Of a stretch of 64,000 nt of DNA, positions 9,142 to 19,961 are shown one piece after another. Below the pieces are notes generated by a model. That model made no database searches and was not told where the DNA came from. It saw only the letters and a list, made by a program, of their open reading frames with translations. The DNA is from Candidatus Margulisiibacteriota bacterium (lineage in GTDB: Bacteria; Margulisbacteria; Marinamargulisbacteria; JBFWNS01). The DNA lies in the NCBI GenBank assembly GCA_050250935.1, contig JBFWNS010000008.1, forward strand, positions 9,572 to 73,571, written 5' to 3'. The translations under genes and the position numbers were made by a program. How positions within the stretch are numbered: position 1 is the first letter of the stretch; each line of letters starts with the position of its first letter.

Positions 9142-10229
9142 GTTAAGGGGTTAAGGCGACCAAGTACCCAGTTTCGGGCGGCATCGAAGAGCGCAAAATA
9201 AATGCCATAACGACCTGATTTTACACCTACACCTGCAAAGACAGTTCGACGTACCCCATTAATCACTTGCAAGGGATTTTCGCTATGGGGGATTTCCCGA
9301 AGTGTTGAAACATAAGACGGTTTCCCAGATTGTATAGCGGTTACCAGCGCATCAAAGGGGGCCCCTGCAACAGCAGCGCCAAAACCAACCGTAGTTGCTG
9401 CGATAACGACAGACCCTGGGGTACCGAGTCCCCTTGGGATGCCATGATCTGAAAACCAATGATTTAGTGCACGTTGGGCATCACCATAAAGGGCAAAAAG
9501 GCCAGCCCCAAAAATGGCAGCCCGAGCAGCAGCAGGCGCCACGGAAGGTAAGATATTCTGTCTAAAAACCGTATAAGAAATAGTGTCAGAACGTCCCGTT
9601 TGGACAGCCCGATTTATAAATTCCAAAGGGGTTACGAGTGCGTCTACAAGCCCACTAGCAGCAGCAGAGGCCCAGAGTTTCGCCTTTTTTTCTGGAACCC
9701 CCTTTTGTACAAGATAAGAAACCGACAGGTCAACCGCGATCACTTTAAGTGTTCTTCGCGGAATGTCTTGGCCAAACCCGGCAACCATGCCCTTGCAAAA
9801 TGTGTTATAAAGTGCGGCCTTCAGACCTCGGGTCTGATGCATTTTTTGGTCGTAAAGGGCTTGCCAGATACCCAACTGAGGGTTTTCTTGTAGTCGAAAT
9901 TTTGCGCCATTGGCCCAATGGGTGGCTGCGCTTGCAGCAATAGAGCCCGCAGCTCCTGAAACCATGGCTTTGAATGCAATGGCTGAGGCGCTGGTATTGG
10001 CAGCTGAGACCACTGTTGGATGAAATGAAATAGCCTGGTTGGCTTGATGCGCTAAGCCAGCCGGAAACCCCAGTGTTATCGAAGGATTGGAGAGAGTCGC
10101 CGAAGCCGCAACGAGTGCTTCTTTAGAAGAGGTAGTAAAAGTAGACTTTGAGGCGGGATGGGATTCAGGACTATTTTGAACAGAACGTGCAGGAACTTGA
10201 GTAGTGGGCGGTGCGGGAGAAACAGACAT
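9138..10229 (-). CDS. mitochondrial carrier family (SLC25)-like protein with Ser/Pro/Thr-rich N-terminal extension
   Basis: Three repeats with degenerate PX[DE]XX[KR]X[KR] signatures (HWANGAKFRLQ, TPLEFINRAVQ, APFDALVTAIQ); GGAG RBS before ATG 10229. Confidence 0.75.
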   Translation of the reverse strand: MSVSPAPPTTQVPARSVQNSPESHPASKSTFTTSSKEALVAASATLSNPSITLGFPAGLAHQANQAISFHPTVVSAANTSASAIAFKAMVSGAAGSIAASAATHWANGAKFRLQENPQLGIWQALYDQKMHQTRGLKAALYNTFCKGMVAGFGQDIPRRTLKVIAVDLSVSYLVQKGVPEKKAKLWASAAASGLVDALVTPLEFINRAVQTGRSDTISYTVFRQNILPSVAPAAARAAIFGAGLFALYGDAQRALNHWFSDHGIPRGLGTPGSVVIAATTVGFGAAVAGAPFDALVTAIQSGKPSYVSTLREIPHSENPLQVINGVRRTVFAGVGVKSGRYGIYFALFDAARNWVLGRLNPLT

Positions 10230-10259
10230 AACCACTCCTGAATAGTATAGATTTCATAA

Positions 10260-10287
10260 TTATCGAGCAGAGGAGGGGTTTATTGCA
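10260..10287 (-). promoter_or_regulatory. sigma28-like promoter motif TGCAA-N17-CGATAA
   Basis: plus strand ttatcg 10260-10265 and ttgca 10283-10287. Confidence 0.7.
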
Positions 10288-10292
10288 AAAAT

Positions 10293-11327
10293 TTAAATGC
10301 TATAGTCGCCAAACAAAACTTGGTCGTGCTTGGGGCTTACAAACACAGTGTCGCCTTTTTGAAACTGTTCTACCCGATAGATTTCTTGGGACAGGTCTAC
10401 CGTGATGGGGGTGTTGTTTTGGCCGACCAATTCCACACGAACCAAAGGCCCCACGGTGTTGAGCTGAACAATGGTGGCCGATAGGGCATTGTCTTGTGTG
10501 GCGGATCGGTTGAGTTGGAGTTCGTGGGGACGTACATAAAAGGGTTTTTCAGAGGCGTCAAAAGAAAGCACAGGAGAGCCGTTTTCGATGCGGCCATAAA
10601 ACAAATTAACACTGCCGATAAACTGATACACAAAGGGGTTCGCAGGTTTTTGATAGACGGCTTCGGGGGTTCCAATTTGTTCGATTTTGCCATGATTCAT
10701 CACCACAATACGGTCGGCTACTTCCAGGGCTTCTTCCACATCGTGGGTCACAAAGACGCTGGTAATGTGCAATTCGTTGTGCAATTGCCGAAGCCAGCTG
10801 CGCAATTCTTTGCGAACGTTGGCATCCAAGGCCCCAAAGGGTTCGTCCAACAACAAGACTTGGGGCTCGATGGCAATGGCCCGGGCCAAGGCCACCCGCT
10901 GCCGTTGTCCGCCCGACAGTTGGCTGGGGTACCGATCCCCCAACTTTTCGAGTTGAACTAGCTTTAACAGTTCATCAACCCGCTTTGCAATTTCGGCTTT
11001 GCTGGGGCGGGTGGATCGGGGGCGAACCGAGAGGCCAAAGCCAATGTTTTCGGCCACCGTCATGTGGCGAAACAGGGCGTAATGTTGAAACACAAAGCCC
11101 ACTTGGCGTTCCCGAACTGCTTTGTCTTGAATGTTCTGACCATTGAATAAAATTTGCCCAGAATCCAGGGTTTCAAGACCAGCAATCAACCGCAATAAGG
11201 TTGTTTTGCCCGATCCCGAAGGGCCCAAAAGGGCCACCAATTCGCCACTTTTAATAGCCAGATTGATGGAATACAGCGCCGGAAAATCCCCATACTGTTT
11301 TTCGACGTTTTGAATGACAATGCTCAT
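10293..11327 (-). CDS. cysA: sulfate ABC transporter ATP-binding protein
   Basis: [31 protein letters not shown]-like tail. Confidence 0.95.
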   Translation of the reverse strand: MSIVIQNVEKQYGDFPALYSINLAIKSGELVALLGPSGSGKTTLLRLIAGLETLDSGQILFNGQNIQDKAVRERQVGFVFQHYALFRHMTVAENIGFGLSVRPRSTRPSKAEIAKRVDELLKLVQLEKLGDRYPSQLSGGQRQRVALARAIAIEPQVLLLDEPFGALDANVRKELRSWLRQLHNELHITSVFVTHDVEEALEVADRIVVMNHGKIEQIGTPEAVYQKPANPFVYQFIGSVNLFYGRIENGSPVLSFDASEKPFYVRPHELQLNRSATQDNALSATIVQLNTVGPLVRVELVGQNNTPITVDLSQEIYRVEQFQKGDTVFVSPKHDQVLFGDYSI

Positions 11328-12154
11328 GGGTGTTGGGATCCTTTGTTGGTGGTGTGTTCAAGAAGATGTTTTACCAAAATGGTGACGATGGCCACAAGAA
11401 CCAGCAGAGAAGCCACGGCAAAGGCAGCGGTAAACTGGTATTCGTTGTACAAAATTTCAACATGCAAGGGCAGGGTGTTGGTCAGGCCGCGGATGTGGCC
11501 AGAAACCACCGAAACGGCACCAAATTCCCCCATGGCGCGGGCAGTACACAAAATTACCCCATACAGCAGGCCCCACTTAATTTTGGGCAGGGTAATTCGG
11601 GTAAAGGTTTGCCAGCCGGTGGCGCCAAGGGTCATGGCCGTTTCTTCTTCGTCGCTGCCCTGGGTTTGCATCAAGGGAATTAATTCTCGGGCCACAAAAG
11701 GAAAGGTAATAAACATCGTACTTAAGATAATGCCAGGAATCGCAAAAATAATTTTGATGTTGTGGGCAATCAGCCAAGCTCCAATCAAACTATTGGCGCC
11801 AAACAGCAACACAAAAATCATCCCAGAAATAACAGGCGAAATGCTAAAAGGAAGATCAATTAAACTGATTAAGAGGTTTTTGAATCGAAACTGATATTTG
11901 GTGATGGCCCAAGCCGCTGCAATCCCAAAAAGGGTGTTGATCGGGACCGAAATCACCGCAACCGTTAAAGTAAGTTGCAGGGCAGAAAGAGCATCGGGTT
12001 CAAGAATGGCGGCCCCATAGACAGCCCATCCTTCGCTAAAGGCCTTGGCCAAAACCACATACAAAGGCATCACCAAAAAAACGCCTAAAAAAAGCAGGGC
12101 GGCACCAGTCAGCAGGCGGCGAACCCACCGAGGTTCTGCAATGGCGCGGCTCAT
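11324..12154 (-). CDS. cysW: sulfate ABC transporter permease
   Basis: [31 protein letters not shown]; start overlaps the cysT stop (ATGA). Confidence 0.95.
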   Translation of the reverse strand: MSRAIAEPRWVRRLLTGAALLFLGVFLVMPLYVVLAKAFSEGWAVYGAAILEPDALSALQLTLTVAVISVPINTLFGIAAAWAITKYQFRFKNLLISLIDLPFSISPVISGMIFVLLFGANSLIGAWLIAHNIKIIFAIPGIILSTMFITFPFVARELIPLMQTQGSDEEETAMTLGATGWQTFTRITLPKIKWGLLYGVILCTARAMGEFGAVSVVSGHIRGLTNTLPLHVEILYNEYQFTAAFAVASLLVLVAIVTILVKHLLEHTTNKGSQHP

Positions 12155-12981
12155 AGGGAAGCTCCGGTGCGTTTGCGGGCCCAATGTTGGATCCCGTTAA
12201 TGGCTAGGAGCAGTAAAAACGAAACGGTTAACATAAAAACTGCAAGGGCGGTGGCCCCGGCATAGTCGTATTGTTCCAGTTTGGTCATAATCAGCAAGGT
12301 GGCGATTTCGGTTTTGTAGGGCATATTGCCAGAAATAAAAATCACCGAGCCGTATTCGCCCAACCCCCGGGCAAAGGCCAGGGTAAAACCCGTCAGCAAC
12401 GAGGGAAAAACCAGGGGAAATAACACGCGGGTAAAGGTTTGCCAGCGGTTGGCTCCCAAACTGGCGGCGGCTTCTTCGATATCGTGTTCGAGGTCTTTAA
12501 GCACAGGTTCGACGGTGCGAACCACAAAGGGAAGTCCAATAAAGGTCAGCACAATCACAATGCCAAGGGGGGCAAATGCGGCTTGAATGCCCAGCTTATT
12601 CAGCCAAAATCCCAAAGCACCGGTTGGCGTATAAAGCGCAGTCATGGCAATGCCAGCAACCGCAGTGGGCAGGGCAAAAGGAAGATCGACCAAAGCATCG
12701 ACCACGCGTTTTCCCCAAAAGGAATAGCGGGCCAACACCCAAGCCACTAAAAACCCAAAAACGGTGTTCACCAGGGCAGCAATGGCAGCGGTTGTAAAGG
12801 TTAATCGATAGGCCGCAATGGTGCGTTCAGAAAACAAGGTCGCCGATAACTGATCCCAGGACAGGGTTGCGGTTTTAAAAACCAAAGTCGACAAGGGAAT
12901 CAAGACCACCAAAGACAACAGGGTCAAGGTAATCCCCATCGACAATCCAAAGCCTGGTAAACGGTTTTTCGAGGCTCTCAT
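12151..12981 (-). CDS. cysT: sulfate ABC transporter permease
   Basis: DLPFALPTAVAG, FARGLGEYGSVIFISGN; start at MRASKN. Confidence 0.95.
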   Translation of the reverse strand: MRASKNRLPGFGLSMGITLTLLSLVVLIPLSTLVFKTATLSWDQLSATLFSERTIAAYRLTFTTAAIAALVNTVFGFLVAWVLARYSFWGKRVVDALVDLPFALPTAVAGIAMTALYTPTGALGFWLNKLGIQAAFAPLGIVIVLTFIGLPFVVRTVEPVLKDLEHDIEEAAASLGANRWQTFTRVLFPLVFPSLLTGFTLAFARGLGEYGSVIFISGNMPYKTEIATLLIMTKLEQYDYAGATALAVFMLTVSFLLLLAINGIQHWARKRTGASL

Positions 12982-12985
12982 GGGG

Positions 12986-13954
12986 TTATCGTCTGAAAAT
13001 CTTGTCGAAAATACCACCGTCTGCAAAGTGGCGGCGCTGAACCTGGGCCCAGCCGCCAAAATCGGAAATGGTGACTTCTTTGATGGGTTTAAAAGAAGAT
13101 TTAATGCCAGAAACAGTGGGACGGAAATGGTGTTTTGCAGCCAATTCTTGCGCTTGTTTGCTATATAAAAATTGCAGGTATGCTTTGGCCAGGGTGGTGG
13201 TGCCATGACGCTTGGCCACCGAATCGACAACGGCCACTGGGGTTTCTGCCAAAATGCTAATAGACGGATACACAATCTCGTAGCTGCCGGGTTTAAGGGT
13301 TTGGGCAATTAAGAGGGCTTCGTTTTCCCAGGCGATCAGCACGTCGCCAATGCCCCGTTCGATGAAGGTGGTGGTCGAGCCTCGGGCTCCAGAATCCAGC
13401 ACTGGAACACGGGCATAGAGTTTGGTTACAAAGGCCTTGGCCCCTTCTTCGGAACCCGTGGTTTTTTGGGCATAGGCCCAAGCGGCCATATAGTTCCAAC
13501 GGGCACCTCCCGAGGTTTTGGGGTTGGGTGTGATCACCGCAACGTTGGGTTTGATTAAATCGTTCCAGTCGTGGATGCTTTTGGGGTTTCCTTTGCGAAC
13601 CACCAAGACGATGGCCGAGGTAAACGGAACGCTGTGGTTGGGCAGGGCCGAGGCCCAGTTTTGTCCGATTAGACCTGCTTTTTGAATGGCCTCGATGTCG
13701 TAGCCCAAAGCCAGGGTTACCACATCGGCCTCCAGACCATCGATGACGCCTCGGGCTTGTTTGCCAGAGCCCCCATGGGATTGGCGAAGGGTGACGGTTT
13801 CACCGGTTTTGGCTTTCCACTCGGCTTTAAACACGGCGTTAATGTCTTGGTACAATTCCCGGGTTGGGTCGTAAGAGACGTTTAAAAGTTCGGTTCCAAA
13901 AACGCTTTGCCCCACAAAAAAGGCCAAAAGAGCAAGGGTCAGACGGGTTTTCAT
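12986..13954 (-). CDS. sbp: sulfate-binding periplasmic protein
   Basis: [34 protein letters not shown]; signal peptide from MKTRL. Confidence 0.95.
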   Translation of the reverse strand: MKTRLTLALLAFFVGQSVFGTELLNVSYDPTRELYQDINAVFKAEWKAKTGETVTLRQSHGGSGKQARGVIDGLEADVVTLALGYDIEAIQKAGLIGQNWASALPNHSVPFTSAIVLVVRKGNPKSIHDWNDLIKPNVAVITPNPKTSGGARWNYMAAWAYAQKTTGSEEGAKAFVTKLYARVPVLDSGARGSTTTFIERGIGDVLIAWENEALLIAQTLKPGSYEIVYPSISILAETPVAVVDSVAKRHGTTTLAKAYLQFLYSKQAQELAAKHHFRPTVSGIKSSFKPIKEVTISDFGGWAQVQRRHFADGGIFDKIFRR

Positions 13955-14046
13955 GCAAGTACTCCAAAGTTTAATGTTCATAAAGTCTATCAAATTAATA
14001 GGGTTTGTAAAGAGAGAAAAAGAAATACAGATCTATAGAGGTAAAG

Positions 14047-16740
14047 CTAAAGCCGATTAATGGCCGATTCGAGTTGATCCATGGCCTTGCCAAATCCCGA
14101 CCAATTGCCAGCGGCAGCACTTTGTTTAAGGGATTTAAAGGCGGCTTTGAGGTCCTGGGTTCCACTGGCAGGAGAGACGTTGGGTTGGCTTTTTTCGGGT
14201 TTAGAACGTTGAGTCTCGTTTTGATTAAACACCTGGGCCAGGGTGTCCTGAAGGGTTTCCGCCATCACAATGGTATCGTCGTACGACACGATAACCCGCT
14301 TGAGTTCTGGCAATTTGCCAGAGGTGGCTTGTAAATAGACGGGCTCGACGTACAGCAGATCGTTTTCGATGGGAATCACTATTAAATTGCCCCGAATCAC
14401 CTGGGAGCCCACTTGGTTCCAGAGGGTCAACTTTTGGGAAATTTCGGTGTCTTGGTCGATTCTGGCTTCGATTTGAGCTGGGCCATAAATGACCTTTTCT
14501 TTGGGGAACTTAAAAACTTGTAATTCACCCAATTTTCCAGGCTCGCAATTGGCGTTAAACCAGGCAATCATGTTGCTTTTGCCGTTGGGGGTGAAAGGAA
14601 CCATTAACCGGTAGCTTTCTTGGGTTTCGCCAGGAACCCGCATGACCATGTAGTAGGGCTCCATGTTTCGGGTTTCTCCATCTGCTTTAAGGGTGGGAAA
14701 GGCCCATACGTCTTCCCGGTTATAAAACACCTGAACATCTTGCATGTGATAGGTTTTGTAAATCGAAGCCTGAACCGTGAACAAATCTTTGGGATACCGT
14801 AAGTGGGCCCGAAGCTCGTCCGGCATGGCGTTAAGGGGTTTAAACAAATGCCCAAAAACCCCTTGATAGGTTCGAATGATGGGGTCTTGGGTATCGGCCA
14901 CATAAAAATTCAAGGTGCCGTCGTAAGCATCAATCGTCACTTTAACGGCATTGCGAATATAGTTGTACCCTTCTTGAAAAGGTTCGGCATAGGGAATGCG
15001 GTCTGTGGTGGTATAGGCATCCCAAATCCACACCAACCGACCCGAAGCTGTAATCACGGGATAGGGGTCGGCATCATAGGTTAAAAAGGGGGCAACGTTC
15101 CGAACCATGGTGCGGATGTCACGGTCATACAAAATTTTGGTTTGTGGGGTGATCAATTCGCTAATCAGTAGTTTGATATCGGATTGAACGATGGCAAAAA
15201 TCAGCCGATGCCAAAACGAGCCCAAAGACACCCCGGCTTTGCCTTGGTAGTGGGTATAAACGTTGTCGTCGCCTTTGGGGTAATCGAAGGATTTTTGGGT
15301 GGTGTTCACCAAGGCATAGTCTTTGGTATCTTCCCCAAAATAAATTTCGGGGCGGGTCAATTGAATGGGCACAGAAGCAGTGGGGGGTAAATCTTTAAGA
15401 TAGAAAAACGGGAGGCCTTCTTCCACAACCTGATTCACCGGCGCCATACACACCCCATACCCATGGGTATAGACGATGTGGCGGTTAATCCAGTTCTGCG
15501 CCCGGGCTGGCAGCTGATCCGTTTCCATTTCCCGTGCCGACAGCATGACCTGTTGGGGTTGATTGTTTAAGGTATAGCGATCCACATCGATACTCGAAAA
15601 TTCGTAATAGGGCCGAATTTCTTGCAATTGAATAAAGGTTTCTCGCAAAGGGATTTCGTCCCAGAGTCGCACATTTTGGAGGGTGGTTTCGTTTTTTAAG
15701 ATATCGGCATACGTTAACGTTTGATTGGCCGAAAAAGGCTTGGATTTGACGTTGTTTAGGTTATAGGCAAATCGGGTCAGGTCCAGGTGGTGGCGAATGT
15801 AGGGGGTTTCTTTGGCCAGTTCGTTGGGGGCTACAGTATAGGCTTGAATGAGGCCTGGAATGAAGGCCCGAAGCAAGGTGGCCGTCAGCACCAAAACCAC
15901 CCCAACGGCCGCAACATTGCGATAGGTTTTTTGCCAAATGGAGAGCAGTAAAGTGCCTGCAAGAATAACCTCGAGGGCCACGATGCCATAGGTTAAATAG
16001 CGCCCAACAGTGGCCTCGGTGTATCCGGCGCCAAAAAGGATGCGGTGTTGGCTAAACAGACAGTCATAAACACCCAACCACTCGGTCCAGGCGTAGGCCA
16101 AAACAATCAGAGCCGCCACGCTTAACAAAAGCTTACGAATCGGAGACCGAGATCCTGGCCACAAGGCCATAACGGTTTGGGGAAGCCCAAGAATAAAGGC
16201 CATCAAAACCAAGGCAAACAGCCCATGCCAAAGCAGGGTGCCGGCGATCAGATTCAAAAAAGGAAGTTTGAAGACATAAAACCCAAGGTCTTGGTGAAAA
16301 ATGGGATCAACGATGCCAAAGGGCGTGGCATGAAAGACTTTTAACAAGGTCACCCAATGGCTTTGAATGGCCAGAGCCCCAAACAAAGACAACACCACAA
16401 TCACCACACGAATCAGGACCGGTGTTAAACGAATTTGGCTGAGGGGATTTTGCACCACACGCGCAAATAATTTCTGCCAAAGGGTGGGGAGGCTGTAGGG
16501 ATTTAAAGGGGCATCTTGTCGCAGCCGAAGCGCCAAAAAAGCCAACAGGCTATAGGCCAAAGCCATGCCCACAAAAGACAGGGAAAAATACAGACCTTTG
16601 GCCTTAAATTGAATCAAAAAGGTAGACAAATACCCAAAGGATCGAAACCAAAAATAATCCGGAAAAATCGACAACAACGAGGGCAAAATAAACACAAAGG
16701 CCATCATGGCCAGGGGTAGGGCAAATTGGAATTTTTTCAT
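14047..16740 (-). CDS. UPF0182 family membrane protein
   Basis: DPIFHQDLGFYVF, NVRLWD, YTHGYG, NYIRNAVK, HLRYPKDLF. Confidence 0.92.
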   Translation of the reverse strand: MKKFQFALPLAMMAFVFILPSLLSIFPDYFWFRSFGYLSTFLIQFKAKGLYFSLSFVGMALAYSLLAFLALRLRQDAPLNPYSLPTLWQKLFARVVQNPLSQIRLTPVLIRVVIVVLSLFGALAIQSHWVTLLKVFHATPFGIVDPIFHQDLGFYVFKLPFLNLIAGTLLWHGLFALVLMAFILGLPQTVMALWPGSRSPIRKLLLSVAALIVLAYAWTEWLGVYDCLFSQHRILFGAGYTEATVGRYLTYGIVALEVILAGTLLLSIWQKTYRNVAAVGVVLVLTATLLRAFIPGLIQAYTVAPNELAKETPYIRHHLDLTRFAYNLNNVKSKPFSANQTLTYADILKNETTLQNVRLWDEIPLRETFIQLQEIRPYYEFSSIDVDRYTLNNQPQQVMLSAREMETDQLPARAQNWINRHIVYTHGYGVCMAPVNQVVEEGLPFFYLKDLPPTASVPIQLTRPEIYFGEDTKDYALVNTTQKSFDYPKGDDNVYTHYQGKAGVSLGSFWHRLIFAIVQSDIKLLISELITPQTKILYDRDIRTMVRNVAPFLTYDADPYPVITASGRLVWIWDAYTTTDRIPYAEPFQEGYNYIRNAVKVTIDAYDGTLNFYVADTQDPIIRTYQGVFGHLFKPLNAMPDELRAHLRYPKDLFTVQASIYKTYHMQDVQVFYNREDVWAFPTLKADGETRNMEPYYMVMRVPGETQESYRLMVPFTPNGKSNMIAWFNANCEPGKLGELQVFKFPKEKVIYGPAQIEARIDQDTEISQKLTLWNQVGSQVIRGNLIVIPIENDLLYVEPVYLQATSGKLPELKRVIVSYDDTIVMAETLQDTLAQVFNQNETQRSKPEKSQPNVSPASGTQDLKAAFKSLKQSAAAGNWSGFGKAMDQLESAINRL

Positions 16741-16744
16741 GGGG

Positions 16745-18073
16745 TTAGTGTAGCAGATTTTTGGAAAAGAGGCCTTTTAAGCGCAATGCGTTTAAACTCA
16801 TCCAAAAGATAGGGCGTGTTTTTTTAAACACAATGGCGCTGACAGGCAAAGCAATAGAATAGGTAAAAGCTGTAGCAACGGCTGCACCAATTCCGCCCCA
16901 TCGGGGTAATAGCACAGCATTCAACCCAATATTTACCAGTGCAACGCCCCATAAAAGTACAGCGAGGTGATGGTTGAGTTTTTCAGAGGTAAAAAAAATG
17001 TGGGTGGCATAAATTTGAAAAATGCCGATGAGCCCGAAGGTGTGAATGGTCAGCATGGGAATTGCACCTAAATAATGGTCGCCGTACAACAAGGGAATCA
17101 ACCACCGAGAGCCGCCAGAAACCACAGCAATAATGCCAAAGGCCAACAGCATTAAAAACGAGGCAAGACGTTGCAAACGGTCTTTGTAAAGCTGGGGTTG
17201 ATGTTGGCGGGCACGAATGATGGCTGGTGCAGCCGAAGCACTAAATGCTGCTGGAATAAAGGACCACAGTTCGGATAGCCGTGTTGCCGCAGCGTATAAG
17301 CCGGCTTCGTGTGCGGTGCTCATCATGGGCAACATAACTTGATCAATTCTCATATAAATCATGGTAGCTGAACCTGTCAAAATCAGGGGCAAGCCGTGCC
17401 GAAACAAAAGAGCCGTAGTCCGTGTATTAAAGCGACAGGTTTCCAGGCCAAATCGTTTGCCAAAAAATAAGACAATGCCAACAACCCCTAACACGGTTTC
17501 CAAAGCAAAAACTCCGATAAACCACACGAGTGGTGCACTTACAGCAATCAAGCCCAATTTAAGGAGGGCACACAACAAATAAGCGGTTAGTTCGATTTTA
17601 ACGATGGTGCCAGATTGTAGTTTCGCATCAAAGGCAAAACGGAAAATAGTCGCGGGTTGAACCAAAAGTCCCAGCCCGATTAATCCAAGACCTGTCAGGT
17701 TAAGCTGTTGCTCAAATCCAAAGCCCCATAGTCCCAATCCCACCATACACAACGTTGTTGCAAGCAACCGAATAACCAAAGCAGAGCCAAGGAGGGTTCC
17801 AGCATGCTTGGGATAACGGACCAGCCACCGCACCATAATCGCATCCAAGCCCAATAGCCCAAAAACACCCACGATGCCGGACAGCGACAACGCATATCCA
17901 AATATCCCATAGGCATTTGGGCCTAAATACCGAGCTACCCAGATGCCTACAATTAAGCCACCAACTAAACGGGTTAATTTGTCCAACAACAGCCATCCCG
18001 AATTGATGGCGGAAGAACGAATGCCTGGACGTTGTAAATAGCTTTGAAGGATGCTGATTAAACGGCGTGTCAT
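16745..18073 (-). CDS. wzx: polysaccharide flippase (Wzx-like)
   Basis: VARYLGP..YG, RIDQVML, GLYAAATRL, many TM helices. Confidence 0.9.
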   Translation of the reverse strand: MTRRLISILQSYLQRPGIRSSAINSGWLLLDKLTRLVGGLIVGIWVARYLGPNAYGIFGYALSLSGIVGVFGLLGLDAIMVRWLVRYPKHAGTLLGSALVIRLLATTLCMVGLGLWGFGFEQQLNLTGLGLIGLGLLVQPATIFRFAFDAKLQSGTIVKIELTAYLLCALLKLGLIAVSAPLVWFIGVFALETVLGVVGIVLFFGKRFGLETCRFNTRTTALLFRHGLPLILTGSATMIYMRIDQVMLPMMSTAHEAGLYAAATRLSELWSFIPAAFSASAAPAIIRARQHQPQLYKDRLQRLASFLMLLAFGIIAVVSGGSRWLIPLLYGDHYLGAIPMLTIHTFGLIGIFQIYATHIFFTSEKLNHHLAVLLWGVALVNIGLNAVLLPRWGGIGAAVATAFTYSIALPVSAIVFKKTRPIFWMSLNALRLKGLFSKNLLH

Positions 18074-18144
18074 GGGGTGTCACCATACCATATCTGTGTG
18101 GTAGAGTAGAGCCACTTTATCCCTTACATGTGAGGAGCCCCAAC

Positions 18145-18921
18145 GTGAAGTGCGTCATTTTGGCGGGTGGACTTGGAACCCGGTTAAGCGAAGAGACCGT
18201 CCTGCGCCCCAAACCCATGGTAGAAATCGGGGGTAAGCCCATGTTGTGGCATATTATGAAGTATTTTGCGTCCTATGGGGTGACGGAATTTATCATTTGC
18301 CTGGGCTATAAAGGCTATATAATTAAAGAATATTTTTTGAATTATGGGGTGCATCGGTCCGACATTACCGTGGATTTGGCAACCAACACTCTTGAAATTC
18401 ACAATAACCAAGTCGAGCCGTGGAAAGTGACCTTGATTGACACCGGCGAAGCCACCATGACCGGTGGACGTTTGAAGCGAATTGCCCCGTATTTGGAGGA
18501 TACAGAACCCTTCTTTTTTACCTATGGCGATGGGGTTTCAACCGTAGATTTGGACGCGTTATCGGCGTTTCATCGGGCCCATGGCAAGTTGGCCACGGTA
18601 ACAGCTGTGCAGCCCCCAGGCCGGTTTGGAGCTTTAAAATTGGGACAAAAGGGTCACGTTGAACGGTTTCAAGAAAAACCGGATGGGGACGGTGGCCGCA
18701 TTAATGGTGGTTTTTTTGTATTGTCCAAAGCGGTGCTGCCCTACATTGCCTCGGACAACATCATTTGGGAGCAAGAACCCTTGCAACAGTTAACCCTCGA
18801 CCGGCAACTGATGGCTTTTGACCATGACGGTTTTTGGCAACCCATGGATACCCTGCGTGAGAAAGCCGTTTTGGAAACCCTTTGGAACTCGGGTCAAGCG
18901 CCTTGGAAACGATGGCCATAA
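18145..18921 (+). CDS. rfbF: glucose-1-phosphate cytidylyltransferase
   Basis: ILAGGLGTRLSEET, TMTGGRLK, GFWQPMDTLR; GTG start after GAGGAG. Confidence 0.95.
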   Translation: MKCVILAGGLGTRLSEETVLRPKPMVEIGGKPMLWHIMKYFASYGVTEFIICLGYKGYIIKEYFLNYGVHRSDITVDLATNTLEIHNNQVEPWKVTLIDTGEATMTGGRLKRIAPYLEDTEPFFFTYGDGVSTVDLDALSAFHRAHGKLATVTAVQPPGRFGALKLGQKGHVERFQEKPDGDGGRINGGFFVLSKAVLPYIASDNIIWEQEPLQQLTLDRQLMAFDHDGFWQPMDTLREKAVLETLWNSGQAPWKRWP

Positions 18922-19961
18922 GCCCCAACTTTTGGGTGGGTAAGCGGGTTTGGATAACGGGATGCACAGGCTTTAAAGGCAGTTGGCTAAGTTTGTGGTT
19001 GACCCAATTGGGGGCCGAGGTTTTTGGGTATGCTTTGGCCCCAGATACAACCCCTGCTTTGTGGGAGGTGTTGGACTTGGCTCAAACCGTAAACTGGGTA
19101 GAGGGGGATGTGCGTGATGTCGCTGCAGTTGCCCGTGCTTTACAGAAGGCTCAGCCGGATATTGTATTTCACTTGGCGGCCCAACCCTTGGTGCGTCGGT
19201 CTTATGCCGAGCCTCACCTGACCTTTGAAACCAATATCATGGGGACGGTGTCGGTTTTGGAAGCGTGCCGTCAAATGCCTTGTGTGAAGGCCGTGGTGGT
19301 AGTGACCACCGACAAAGTCTATGAAGACCAACCCGATCATCATTACACCGAAACCGACCCCCTGGGCGGGCATGATCCGTATAGTGCCAGCAAAGCTGCC
19401 GCAGAGGTGGTGTGTGCATCTTATGGACATTCTTTTTTTAAAACGGGGTCGTTGGCCTTGGCTACGGCTAGGGCTGGCAATGTCATCGGCGGGGGCGATT
19501 GGGCAGAAGACCGCCTGATTCCCGATGCCATTCGGGCCATGCAATCGGGAACAGCCTTAACCATTCGTTACCCTCAAGCCATTCGGCCTTGGCAACATGT
19601 GTTCTGCCCTTTAAGTGGGTATTTGATGCTGGCCGAAGCCTTGTTCACACAGGGTCAAATGTGGGCCGGGGCCTGGAACTTCGGGCCCGATGCTGGGGAC
19701 GAGGTATCGGTACAGCGGGTGTTGAACCAGGTTCAAACCTTAACCTCAGTCTTGCAGTGGCGTATCGATGAAACGGCGGTTCCTCATGAGTCGCCTCAGC
19801 TTAGATTGGATTGGACCAAGGCCAAAACCAGGCTGGGGTGGGAACCGGCATGGTCTTTAAAAACGGCTCTTTCGGCTACCATGGACTGGTATGAGGCGCA
19901 TGCAGCAGGACAAAACATGAGAGACTTTAGCGTGACCCAACTCGAGGCTTTTAACCCATGA
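18912..19961 (+). CDS. rfbG: CDP-glucose 4,6-dehydratase
   Basis: [36 protein letters not shown]. Confidence 0.95.
   Translation: MAISPNFWVGKRVWITGCTGFKGSWLSLWLTQLGAEVFGYALAPDTTPALWEVLDLAQTVNWVEGDVRDVAAVARALQKAQPDIVFHLAAQPLVRRSYAEPHLTFETNIMGTVSVLEACRQMPCVKAVVVVTTDKVYEDQPDHHYTETDPLGGHDPYSASKAAAEVVCASYGHSFFKTGSLALATARAGNVIGGGDWAEDRLIPDAIRAMQSGTALTIRYPQAIRPWQHVFCPLSGYLMLAEALFTQGQMWAGAWNFGPDAGDEVSVQRVLNQVQTLTSVLQWRIDETAVPHESPQLRLDWTKAKTRLGWEPAWSLKTALSATMDWYEAHAAGQNMRDFSVTQLEAFNP

Noticed and set aside
12982..13308. Long N-terminal extension of cysT (similar extensions for rfbF, trpD and ORFs 31458, 32410, 51535)
   Set aside because: They overlap upstream genes; downstream starts fit RBS position and family length better
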